A stretch of DNA of 64,000 nucleotides from positions 242,482,001 to 242,546,000 of the forward strand of contig OZ024743.1 in assembly GCA_964016885.1 (NCBI GenBank). The letters are read 5' to 3'. The number at the start of each line of letters is the position of its first letter. Positions within the stretch are counted from its first letter, which is position 1. The notes below the pieces were generated by a model. The model was not told where the DNA came from, made no database searches, and saw only the letters and a list, made by a program, of their open reading frames with translations. Positions 33,201 through 48,400 of this stretch are shown here, piece after piece. Made by a program: the position numbers and the translations under genes. This DNA comes from Eledone cirrhosa. Lineage: Eukaryota.

Positions 33201-36200
33201 TCACCACCACCTCTAACGTCACTACTACCAACACCACCAACTCTAACGTCATAACTTCCAACAACACCAACACCACTTCTAACGTCACTACTACCATCAC
33301 CTCCACTACCACTTCTAACGTCACACCTACCATCACAACATCTAACGTTACTACTACCATGACCACCAATACCAGCTCTAACGTCATTACTACCAACACA
33401 ACTGCCTCTAACGTCACTACTACCATCAGCACCACCTCTAAAGTCGCTACTACAATCAACTCCACCTCTAACGTCACTACTACCATCACCAATGTCTCTA
33501 TCGTCAAAACAACTACTACCACCAGCTCTAACATCACTACTACCACCAGTACCTCTAACGACACTTCTACCATCACCAGCTCTAACATCACTGCTACGAC
33601 CAACACCTCCAACGTCGGTACTACACCATCACCTCTAACATCACTACTACATTCTACACTACCCCTAACATCACAACTGCCACCATCACCAACACCACTA
33701 ACGTCATTACCACCACCAAATCTAACGTCACTACTAACACCAGCTCCAACGTCACTACTACCTTCACCACCATCTCTAACGTCACTAACACCACCACCAC
33801 CTCTAACGTCACTAATACCACCACCTCCTCCAACGTCACTACAACCATCACCACTACCTCTAACATCACTACTGCCACGACACCAGCACTTCGAACGTCA
33901 CTACTACTAACACCACCACCTCTAACGTCATAACTACCGCGACCACCACCTCTAACGTCACTACTACCACCATCAACACTAACGTCACTACAACGACCAC
34001 CACCTGTAACGTCACTAGTACCCCCACCACCATCTATAACGTCACTACTACCATTACCACCACCTCTAACGTCACTACTACCAACACCACCAACTCTAAC
34101 GTCGCAACGAACAACAACACCAACTCTAACGTCACTACTACCACCATCACCACCACCTCTACCGTGACTACTACCATCACCACCATCTCTAACGTCACTA
34201 CTTCTATCATTAGCACCTCGAATGTCACTACTACATACCATTACCACCTCTAACGTCACTATTACCATCACCACCACCTCTAACGTCACTATTACCATCA
34301 CCACCACCTCTAACGACACTACATCTTCCACCACCTCTAACGTCACTACTACCATCACCACCATCTCTAACTTCACTAATACCACCACCACCTCTAACGT
34401 CACTACTACCGTCACCACTACCTATAACATCACCACTACCACCGCACCACTACCACCACCACTTCTAACGTCACAGCTACCATCACCAACCCCTCGAACG
34501 TCAGAATTACCACAACCTGTAACGTCACTAATAAAATCACCATATCCACCTCTAACGTCACAACTTAGAACCACTATCACCACGTCTAACGTCCCTACTG
34601 CCACCACCACCTCTAACGTCATCACCACCACCACCTCTAACTTCACTACTACCCCCACGACCACCTCTAACGTCACTCTAACGCCACTTCTAACGTCACT
34701 AGTAACACCACCGTTAACGTAACTACTACGATCACCATTCCCTCCAATATCACTACTACCACCACCGCCACGTCTAACGTAACTACTACCAACATCATCA
34801 CCACCTATAACGTCACTACTAACAGCACCGTCACCACCCACTCTGACATCAGAGCTACCATCAACGCCACCTCTAGCGTCTCTACTACCATCATCACTAC
34901 CACCTCTATCGTCTCTACTGCCACCACCACCTTTAACGTCACTACTACCATCACCACTACCTTTAACGTCAATACTACAACCAGCACCTCTAACGTCACT
35001 ACTACCACCACCATCACCTCTAACGTCACTAACACCACCACCACTTCTAACATCACTAATATAACCACTGCCTCTAACGTCACTAATACTACCACTACCT
35101 CTAACATCACTACTACCACCAGGCCAGTACCACCAACTTCTCTAACATCACAACTAGCACTTTCACCACCACCTCTACGTCACTACCACCACCAACTCTA
35201 ACGTACCATCACCATTTCTAACATCACTGCTACCATCACCACCATCTCTAACATAACTACTATTACCACCATCTCTAACGTCACTGTTACCACCACCACC
35301 TCTAACGTCACATTTACCAGCACCCTAACATCACTACTACCATCACCACTACGTCTAACGTCACTACTACCATCACCAACCCCTCCAACGTCAGAACTAA
35401 CGTCACCGCAACATCTAACGTCACTACTACAACCAAAACCACAACCTCAAACGTCAATATTGCCATCACCAACGCTAACTCACTATTACCACCACCACCA
35501 ACTCTAACGTCACTACTACCACCGCCGCCACCTCTAATGTCAGAACTACCATCAACTCTAACGTCACTATTACCACCACCACCTCTAACGTCACTACTAC
35601 TATCACCAACCCGTCCAACGTCAGAACTACAATCACCGCAACCTCTAACGTCACAACTAAAATTACCACCACAAATCTCTAACGTCACTACTACACACCA
35701 CCACCTCTTACGTCACTACTATCATCACCACCAACTCTAACGTTACTACGACCATCACCACCATCTCTAACGCCATTATTACTAGCACCACCACCTGTAA
35801 GGTCACTACTACCATTACCACCTCTAACGTCAGAACTACCATCACCGCGACCTCTAAACTCACTACTACAACCACCATCAACACCTCTAACGTTACTACT
35901 AGCACCACAACCTCTAACGTTACAAATACCACCACCAGCTCTAACGTCGGAACTACCAAGACCACCACCTCTAACGTCACTACTACCACCACTTCTAACA
36001 TCACTACTACCATCACCACCAACATCATCTCTAACGTTACTACTACTACCACCACCTCTAACGACAATTTTACCATCATCACCACCTCCAAAGTGATCAC
36101 CACCACAACCATGTCTAACGTCATTAATGCCACCACCATTACCACGTCTAACGTCACTACTACCACCAACATCTCCAACCTCACTATTACAACCACCTCC

Positions 36201-38889
36201 AACGTCACTACTACCACAACCACCAGCTTTGACGTCACTACTACTACCACCACCACCTCTAATGTCCCTAATACCACCACCACCTCTAATGTCACTAATA
36301 CCACCACCAATTCTAACGTCACTAGTAGCATCACCACTTCCTCTAACGTCACTACTACCACCATACCACTACCACCACCACATCTAACATCACAACTAGC
36401 ACCATCATAACAACTTCTAACGTCACTATTATCACAACCACCACCACCTCTAACATCACTAATACCATCCCAACCATCTTTAACGTCACTAATATTATCA
36501 CCATCTCTAACGTCACTATTACCACCACTACCAATTCTAACGCCATTACTAACATCACCACCACCTCTAACGTCACTACTATCACAGCCACCTCCAACGT
36601 CGCTAATACCACCACCAATTCTAACGTCACTATCACTTCCACCACATCTAAAGTCACTACTACCACCACCACCTCTAACGTTATAACTAACAACACCACA
36701 ACCTCTAACGTCCCTACTACCACCACCACGTCTAACGTCACTAAAACCATCACCACTACCTATAACGTCACTACTACCATCCCCACCATCTCTAACGTCA
36801 CTATTATTACCACCACCTCTAACGTCACTATTAGCACCACCACCACCTCTAACGTGACATCTACTGCCATCACCACCAGCTCTAACGTCACTACTACCAC
36901 CATCACAACAACCTCTAACGTCACTACTACCACCAACACCTCTAACGTCATAACTACCATCACCACCACCTTTAACGTCACTACTACCACCACCACCACC
37001 TCTAACGTCACTAATGCCACCACCTCTAATGTCACTAATACCACCACCACCTATAACGTCACTACTACCATCACCACCACCTCTAACGTCCCTAGTACCA
37101 CCACACCACTACCACCACCACATCTTACATCACAACTACCACCATCTCGACCACCTCTAACGTCACTACCACCACGACCACCACCACCTCAAACCTCACT
37201 ACTACCAACACCACCACCTCTAACGTCAATACTACCATCACAAACTCTAACATCACTGCTAACATCCCCACCACCTCTAACGTCCCTATTACCAAAAAAC
37301 CATCTCTCACGTGACAATCTACTGCCTTCACCACCTCCATTGCCATTACTACCATAACCACCAGCTCAACGTCACTACTAAAACCACCACCACCTGTAAC
37401 GTCACTACCACCATCACCACCACCTCTAACGTCATTACTACCATCACCACCAGAAACTCTAACGTCACTAATACAACCACCACCTCTAACGTCACTAAAA
37501 CCATTACCATTACCTCTTACGTCGCTACTTCCACCACCATCATCTCTAACGTCAATACTACCACCACCAACACCACCTTTAATGTCAATACTACCATCAC
37601 CACCAACTCTAACACCACTACTACCACCACACTCACAGCAAACGTCACAATTACCATCATCTTTAACGTCACTACTACCATCACCACCACCTCTAACCGC
37701 ACTAATACCACCACACCACTACCATCACCACATCTAACGTCACTACTATCGCCAGCACCTCTAAAGTCACTACTACCACAAGTACCATCACTTCTAACAT
37801 CACGACCACGACCACCTCTAACGTCACCACTGCCACCATCACCACCACCTCTAACGTCACTACTACCACTATCACCACCAACTCTAACATCACTACTACC
37901 ACTACACCCACAGCAAACGTCACAACTACCATCACCTTTAACGTCACTACTACCACCACCACCACCTCTAACGTCACTAGTACCACCACACCACTACCAT
38001 CACCACATCTAACATCACAACTACCATCATCACCACAACCTCTAACGTACTACCACCACCACCTCTAACGTCACTACTATCACCAGCACCTCTAAAGTCA
38101 CTACTACCACAAGTACCATCACTTCTAACATCAAGACCACCACCACCTCTAACGTCACCACTGCCACCATCACCACCACATCTAACGTCACTACTACCAC
38201 TATCACCATCAACTCTAACGTCACTACCACCAGCACCTCTAACGTCGCTACTACCACCAGCACCACCAACTCTAACGTTACTAGTACCATCACCATCAGC
38301 ACCACCTCTAACGTCGCTACTACCACCAGCACCACCACCTCTAACGTTACTAGTACCATCAACATCAGCACCACCTTTAACGTCGCTACTACCATACCCA
38401 ACACTAACATCACTACTAAAATCCCCACCATCTCTAACTTCACTACTATTACCAACACCTCTAACGTCACTATTACCAACACAACCACCTCTCCCGTAAC
38501 ATCTACTGCAATAACCATTCTATTGCCATTACTACCACCACCACCACCACCGGTAACGTCACAACTACCAACACCACAACCTCTAACGTCACTACTACAA
38601 CCAGCACGACCACCTCTAACGTTGCTAATACCATCACCATCACCACCACATCTAACGTCAGAACTACCACCACCACTTCTAACGTCACTACTATCATCAC
38701 CACCACCGTTAACGTCACTACTACCACCACCACCTCTGACGTCATAGCCCCCACCACCTCTAACGTCACTAATACCATCCCCACCATCTCTAACGTTACT
38801 ACTATTACCATCACCTGTAACGTCACTAATACCACCACCACCTTTAACGTCACTACTACCACCACCACTACTTCTAACGTCACTACTAC

Positions 38890-41800
38890 CAACACCCATC
38901 TAACGTCACTTCTAACACCACCTCTTACGTCACTACCACCACCACCTCTACCTTCACTATTGCTTCCGCTTCTAAAGTCACTAATACGATCACCACAACC
39001 ACCTCTAACGTCACTAATTTCTACCGTCACCACCAACACCACCTGTAACGTCACTACAATCACCACCATCTCTAACGTCACTACTACCATCACCACCACC
39101 TCCAACGTCACTACTAACAACACCACTGCTACCACCACCACCACCTCCAACGTCACTACTACCACCAACTCTAACGTCACTACTACCATCTAACGTCACT
39201 TCTACCAACACCAAACCGTCTAACGTCACTGCTACCAACAACAACTCTAACGTCACAACTGCCACCACGCCCGCTAACACAGACACCATCACCACCCCCT
39301 CTAACGCCACTACCACCACCGCCACTAACGCCTCTACTACCATCAACAACACCAACTCTAACGTCAATACTACAATCACCATAAAAACCATCTCTAACGT
39401 CACTTATACCATCAGCACTACCTCTAACGTTACTACTACCATCACGACCCCTCCAATGGCAGAGGTACCATCACCGCAACCTCTCACGTCACTACTACCT
39501 CCACCAGCTCTAGCGTCACTACTACCACCACCACCACTTCTAACGTCACTACTAACACCACATCTAACATCACTGCTACCACCAACACCGCTATCGTCAT
39601 TACTACCAGCAACTCTAACGTCACTAATACCACCACCTCTAACGTCACTACTACCAGCACCATCCCCACTAACGTCACTACTACCACCACCACCAATAAC
39701 GTCACAACTGACACCACCACCCCCTCTAACACAAAGCAACCACCATCACCACCACCTCTAATGTCACTAACACCACCGCCACTAACGTCACTACTAACAT
39801 CAACAACAGCAACTCTAACGTCACAACTACCATCACAACCAAAACCATCTCTAACGTCATTATTACCATCAGCACTACCTCTCAAGTCGCTACTACAGCC
39901 ACCAGCTCCACCTCTAACGTCATTACTACATCCACCACCTCTAACGTCACTACTACCATCACCATTACCTCTAACATCACTACTACCATCACCACGCCCT
40001 CCAACGTCAGAACTACTATCACCGCAAACTCTAACGTCACTACTACAACCACCACCACCTGTAACGTCACTAATACCACCACCACCTCTAACATCACTAC
40101 TGTCACCACATCTACCATCACAACTACCACTATCACCACCACATCTAACGTGACATCTACTGTCATCACCACCTCTAACGCCATAACTACCATCACCACC
40201 AGCTTTAACGTCACTAGTATCACCATCAGCACCTCTAGCGTGACGACTACCATCTCCACCACGTTTAACGTCAATACTACCACCACCACCACCTCTAACC
40301 TCACCACTAGCACCACCTTTAACGTCACTGCTGCCATCACTAGTACCGTCACTACCAACACCACCTGTAATGTGACTACTACCATCACCACTACCTCTAC
40401 TGTCATTACTACCACCACCACGACCTCCAAAGTCAGAACTAATATCACAACTACAACCACCACCGTTTCTAACGTTACTACAATCACCACCACCTCTAAC
40501 GTCACTACTATCATTACCACCACCTCTAACGTCACTACTACCATCACCACCACCTCTAACGTCAGAACTACCAACACCACCACCGTTAACGTCACGACTA
40601 ACAACACCTCTATCGTCACTACTACCACCACCACCGTTAACGTAAATACTACCACCAACTCTAACGTCACAACTACCATCTAACCTCACTTCTAGCATCA
40701 CCCCACCATCTAACGTCACTACTACAACCACCACCTGTAACGTCACAACTGCCACCACCACCACCCCCCTAACACAAAACTACCACCATCACCACCAAAA
40801 CCAACTCTAACGTCACTATTCCCACCAGCACAACCTCTAACGTCACTATTATCATCACCACACCTCCAACGTCAAAGGTACCATCACCGTAACCTCTCAC
40901 TTCACCACTCCAACCACCACCACCACCTCTAACGTCATTACTACCTCCACCATCTCTAACGTCACTACTACCGCCACGACCACTTCTAACGTCACTATTA
41001 ACACCACCTCTAAAGGCACTGCTACCACCAACACCGCTAACGTCATTACTATCACCACCTCTAACGTCACTAATACCACCACCTCTAGTGTCACTACAAT
41101 CATTACCATCCCTGCTAATGTCACTACTACCATCACCACCACCTCCAAAGTCAGAACTACCACAACCACTACCTCTAACGTCACTACCATCATCACCACC
41201 TCTAACGTCACTGCTACCATCACCACTACCTCTAACGTCACTACTACCACCACTACCTCTAATGTCAGAATTACCACCACCACATCTAACGTCACTGCTG
41301 CCAGGGCCACCAACTCTAAAGTCAATGCTAAGAACAGTTCTAACGTCACTACTACAAAGACCACCACCAACTTTAACGTCTTTAATACCACCACCACCTC
41401 TAACGTCACTACTACCACCACCTCTAACGTCACTACTGCCATCACCACCACATCTACAACCTCACGACTACAACCACCTCTAACGTCTCTGCCGCCTACC
41501 ACCACCCATCTAACGTCACTTCTAATACCAGCTGTAACGTCACTACTACCACCACCAGCTCTAACGTCACTACTACTAACACCACCACCTCACAGGTCAG
41601 AACTACGAACACCACCACCTCTAACGTCGCTACTAACACCACCTCTAACGTCACTACTAACACCACCACCGCTAACTTCACTGCTACCACTAACTCTAAC
41701 GTCACTACTACCATCTAACGTCACTTCTACCATCACCACACCGTCTAACGTGACTACTACCATCATCACCAACTCCAACGTCGAAATTACCACAACCACT

Positions 41801-44800
41801 ACCTCTATCGTCTCTACTACCTCCACCACCACTAACCTCATTATTAGCACCAGCTCCAACGTCACTACTATCACCACTCCCTCTAACCTCACTACTTCCA
41901 TCACCTCTAACGTCACTACTACCATCACCATTACCTCTAACCTCGCTACTTCCATCACTCTCAACACCACCTCTAACGTCACTAATACCAACACCACCTC
42001 TGACCTCACTACTTCCATCACCAGCAACACCCCCTCTAACGTCACTAATACCAACACCACCTCTAACCTCACTGCTACCATCACCAACTGTCTCATCACT
42101 ACTATCATCACCAACTCTAACTCACTACTACCATCACAACCATCTCTAACGTCACTACTACGACCACCACCACCTCTAACGTGACATAATGCCAGCACCA
42201 TCTCTGATGCCGTTACTACCATCACCACCAGCTCTAACGTAACTACCATCACCAACACTAACGTCACTACTACCATCAACACCACCTCTAACGTCACTAC
42301 TACCATCACCACCACCTCTAACATCTCTAATACCAAACATCACCACCACTAACGTTACTACTACCATCACCACTACATCTAACGTCACTACTACCAACAC
42401 CACTTCTAACGTCACTACTACCCCCAGCTCTAACGTCACTACTGCCATCACCGCCTCTAACGTCACTGCAACCATCACCACTACCTCTAACGTCACTACT
42501 ATCACCACAACCACTAATGTCAGAATTACCACCACCACCACGTCTAACGTTACTACTGCCACAGCCACCAACTCTAAAGTCAATACCACCACCAACTCTA
42601 ACATCACTACTACAACCATCACCACCTCTAGCGACACTACTACCTTCACCATTACCGCTAACATCACTGCAGCCACACCCACTACCTCTAACGTCTTTAC
42701 TAACACGACCATCACCACATCTAACGTTACCCTAACACCAGCTCTAACATCTCTACTACCAGCACCACCTCCAATCTCGCGACTACAAACACCTCTAACG
42801 TTACTACTACCATTGCCACCACCACCACCTCTAACGTCACTAATACCATCACCTCCAACACCACCTCTAACATCACTTCTACCATTACAACTACCTATAA
42901 CGTTACTACTACCATCACGATCCCTCCAACATCAGAACTACCATCACCGCCACCTCTAACGACAGTACTACTGCCACCACCGCCACCTCTAACGTCACTA
43001 ATACCGCACCAACTTCTAACGTCACTACTACCATCACTACCACCTCTAACGTCGGAACTACCACCAGCAACTCAAACGCCACTACTAGCGCCACCTCTAA
43101 CGTCACTACAACAATCACCACGTCTAACGTCACTACTAACACCAACCACTAACGTCACTACTAAAACCACCTCTAATGTATTACTACCATCACAGCCACT
43201 GCTAACGTCAATACTATCACCATCATCACCTCTAACGTCACTACTACCATTGCCGCCACTTCTAACGTCACTTCTAACACCAGCGCTAACGTCACTACTA
43301 CCATCACCACTACCTCTAAGGTCACTAATACCACCACCACCATATCTAACGTCACCACCAACACTTCGATCGTCACTACGACCAACACCACCAACACCTC
43401 CTCTAACGTCACAACTACCATCAACACCCCCTTCCAACATCAGAGTTACTATCACCGACAACACTAACGTCACTACTACCACCACCACCTCTAACGTCAC
43501 AATTACCACCACCCCTAACGTCACTAAAACAACCATCTCTAACGCCACTAATACCATCACCACCACTTCTAACGTCACTACTACCAGCACCACCACCACC
43601 TGTAACATCACTACTACCATCACTACCACCTCTAACGCCAGAACTATGAACACCACCACATCTAACGTCATAACTAACAACACCTCTAACGTCACTACTA
43701 CTATCTAACGTCACTTCTACCATCACCACCACGTCTAACGTCACAACTGACACCACGACCCCCTCTAAAACAAAATTACCACCATCACCACCTCCTCTAA
43801 CTTCACTACCACTACCGCCACTAACGTCACTACTACCATCAACAACACCAACTCTAACGTCACTACTACCATCACCACCAATAAAATCTCTAACGTCACT
43901 GCTACCATCACCATTACCTCTAACGTCACTACCACCATCACCACCACATTTAACGTCACTACTACCATCACCACCTCTAACGTCACTACTTCCATCACCA
44001 CCACGTCCAACGTCAATACTACCAACACCACCTCTAGCCACACGACTACCACCACCTCTAACGTTATTGCTGCCACCACCACCCATCTAACGTCACTTCT
44101 AACACCACCTCTTACGACACTACCACCACCACCTCTAACGTAACTATTGCCTCCGCTTCTAAAGTCACTACTACCATCACCACAACCACCTCTAACGTAA
44201 CTTTTACCCTCACCACCAATACCACCTGTAACGTAACTACAATCACCACCATTTCTAACGTCACTACTACCATCACCACCACCTCCAACGTCACTACTAA
44301 CAACACCTCTAACGTCACTACTACCAACACCACTGCTAACGTCACTGCTACCACCAACTCTAACGTCACTGCTACCAACAACAACTCTAACGTCACAACT
44401 GCCACCACCCCCGCTAACACAGACACCATCACCACCCCCTCTAACGCCACTACCACCACCGCCACTAACGCCTCTACTACCATCAACAACACCAACTCTA
44501 ACGTCAATACTACAATCACCATAAAAACCATCTCTAACGTCACTTATACCATCAGCACTACCTCTAACGTTACTACTACCATCACGACCCCTCCAATGGC
44601 AGAGGTACCATCACCGCAACCTCTCACGTCACTACTACAACAACCACCACCTCTAACGTCATTACTACCTCCACCAGCTCTAGCGTCACTACTACCACCA
44701 CCACCACTTCTAACGTCACTACTAACACCACATCTAACATCACTGCTACCACCAACACCGCTATCGTCATTACTAGCAGCAACTCTAACGTCACTAATAC

Positions 44801-47800
44801 CACCACCTCTAACGTCACTACTACCAGCACAATCCCCACTAACGTCTCTACTACCACCACCACCAATAACGTAACAACTGACACCACCACCCCCTCTAAC
44901 ACAAAGCAACCACCATCACCAACACCTCTAATGTCACTAACACCACCGCCACTAACGTCACTACTAACATCAACAACAGCAACTCTAACGTCACAACTAC
45001 CATCACAACCAAAACCATCTCTAACGTCACTATTACCATCAGCACTACCTCTCAAGTCACTACTACAGCCACCAGCTCCACCTCTAACGTCATTACTACA
45101 TCCACCACCTCTAACGTCACTACTACCATCACCATTACCTCTAACATCACTACTACCATCACCACGCCCTCCAACGTCAGAACTACTATCACCGCAAACT
45201 CTAACGCCACTACTACAACCACCACTACCTGTAACGTCACTAATACCACCACCACCTTTAACGTCACTACTGCCACCACCTCTACCATCACAACTACCAC
45301 TATCACCACCATATCTAACATGACATCTACTGACATCACCACCTCTAACGCCATAACTACCATCACCAGCTCTAACGTCACGACTACCATCTCCACCACG
45401 TTTAACGTCAATACTACCACCACCACCTTTACCTCACGACTAGCACCACCTCTAACGTCACTGCTGCCACCACCGCCTATCTAACGTCACTTCTACCACC
45501 AGCTCTAAAATCACTACCACCACCACATCTAACCTCACTACTACCGCCGCTTCTAAAGTCACTACTACCATCATCACAACCACCTCTAACGTCACTAGTA
45601 CCGTCACTACCAACACCACCTGTAATGTCATTACTACCATCACCGCGACCTCCAAAGTCAGAACTAACATCACAAATACAACGACCACCATCTCTAACGT
45701 CACTACAATCACCACCACCTCTAACGTCAGAACTACCAACACCAACACCGTTAACGTCATTACTAATAACACCTTTACGTCAGTACTACCACCACCACCG
45801 CTAACGTCAATACTACCACCAACTCTAACGTCACAACTACCATCTAACCTCACTTCTAGCATCACCACACCATCTAACGTCACTACTACGACCACCACCT
45901 CTAACGGCACAACTGCCACCCCCTCTAACACAAAACTACCACCAACACCACCATCTCCAACGTCATTCCTACCATCACCACTACCTCTAACGTCACTACT
46001 ACCACCACTACCTCTAATGTCAGAATTACCACCACCACGTCTAACGTCACTGCTGCCACGGCCACCAACTCTAAAGTCAATACTAAAAACAGTTCTAACA
46101 TCACTACTACAACCACCACCACCAACTTTAACGTCTTTAATACCACCATCACCTCTAACGTCACTATTACCACCACCACCACCACGTCTAACGTCACTAC
46201 TACCATCACCACCACATCTACAACCTCACGACTACCACCACCTCTAACGTCACTGCCGCCACCACCACCCATCTAACGTCACTTCTAACGCCAGCTCTAT
46301 GGTCACTACTACCACCACCAGCTCTAACGTCAATACTACTAACACCACCACCTCACACGTCAGAACTACCAACACCACCACCTCTAACGTCACTACTAAC
46401 AACATCTCTAACGTCACTACTAACACCACCACCGCTAACGTCTCTACTACCATCTAACGTCACTTCTACCATCACCACACCGTCTAACGTGACTACTACC
46501 ATCATCACCAACTCCAACGTCTAAATTACCACAACCACTACCTCTATCGTCACTACTACCTCCACCACCACTAACCTCATTATTAGCACCAGCTCCAACC
46601 TCACTACTATCACCACTCCCTCTAACCTCACTACTTCCATCACTCTCAACACCACCTCCAACGTCACTAATACCAACACCACCTCTAACCTCACTACTTC
46701 CATCACCTCTAACGTCACTACTACCATCACCATTACCTCTAACCTCACTACTTCCATCACTCTCAACACCACCTCTAACGTCACTAATACCAACACCACC
46801 TCTGACCTCACTACTTCCATCACCAGCAACACCCCCTCTAACGTCACTAATACCAACACCACCTCTAAGGTCACTGCTACCATCACCAACTGTCTCATCA
46901 CTACTATCATCACCAACTCTAACTCACTACTACCATCACAACCATCTCTAACGTCACTACTACGGCCACCACCACCTCTAACGTGACATAATGCCAGCAC
47001 CATCTCTGATGCCGTTACTACCATCACCACCAGCTCTAACGTCACAACTACCACCACCACCTCTAACATCACTACTACCATCACCACTATCTCTAACATC
47101 ACTACTACCATCACCACCACCTCTAACGTCACTACTACCGCTACCACTTCTAACGTCACTACTACCACCACCATCTCCAACGTCGCTAATACAAACACCA
47201 GCTCTAACGTCACTACAAATTCCACCAACTGTAACGTCAATACGACCACCGCCACCATCTCTAACGTCACTAGTACCAAACATCACCACCTCTAACGTCA
47301 CTACTACTAACACCACCACATCTAACATCACTACAACCACCAACATCTCAAACCTCACTACTACCAACACCATTACCGCTAACATCACTGCTACCACACC
47401 CACCACCTCTAACGTCTTTACTACCACCACCATCACCACGTCTAACGTCAATACCTCCATAACCACCACCTCTAACGTCACCCCTAACACCAGCTCTAAC
47501 GTCACTACTGCCAGCACCACCTCCAATCTCACGACTACAACCACATCTAACGTCACTACTACCATCACCACCACCACCTCAAACGTCACTAATACCATCA
47601 CCTCCAACACCACCTCTAACGTCACTTCTACCATTACCACTACTTATAACGTTACTACTACCATCACCACCCCTCCAACATCAGAGCTACCATCACCGCC
47701 AACTCTAACGACAATACTACAACCACCACCGTCACCTCTAACGTCACTAATACCATCACCCCTCCTCTAACGTCAGAACTACCACCACCAACTCTAACGC

Positions 47801-48400
47801 CACTAGAAATGCCACCCCTAATGTCACTACAAGCACCACGTCTAACGTCACTACTAATACCAACCACTAACGTCAATACTACCACCACCTCTAGCGTCTC
47901 TACTACCATTACCACCACCTCTAACGTAACTACTACCATCACAACTAACTCTAACGTCAATACTACCATCACCACTAACTCTAACGTCACTACTACCATC
48001 ACCACTAACTCTAACGTCACTACTACCATCACCACCAGCACTAACGTTAGAACTATCACAAGCCCCACCTCTAACGTCACTACTACTACTACCACCACTA
48101 TCTCTAATGTCAATACTACCATTACCACCACCTTGCTACTACCATCACCTATAACGTCACTAATACCACCAACTCTAACGTCACTGCTACCACCCCCTTT
48201 AACGTCACTACTACCATCATCACCACCAACATTTCTAGCGACACTATTACCATTACCACCACCTCTAACGTTATTTCTACTATCACAACTACTGCTAACG
48301 TCACTACTACCGTCACCGCGCCACCCTCCAACATCAGAGTTACTATCACCGACAACATTAACGTCACTACTACCACCACCACCACTAACGTCAGAACCAC
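38890..48400. repeat. Diverged ~4.7-5.2 kb tandem segmental duplication inside the triplet array (~38.9-43.5 kb vs ~44.1-48.4 kb)
   Basis: Collinear rare markers: AATGGCAGAGGTACC 39455/44595; ACAAAGCAAC 39731/44901; CTACAACCTCACGACTAC 41454/46218; GTGACATAATGCCAGC 42181/46983; CATCAGAGTTACTATCACCGAC ~43438/~48332. Confidence 0.85.
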
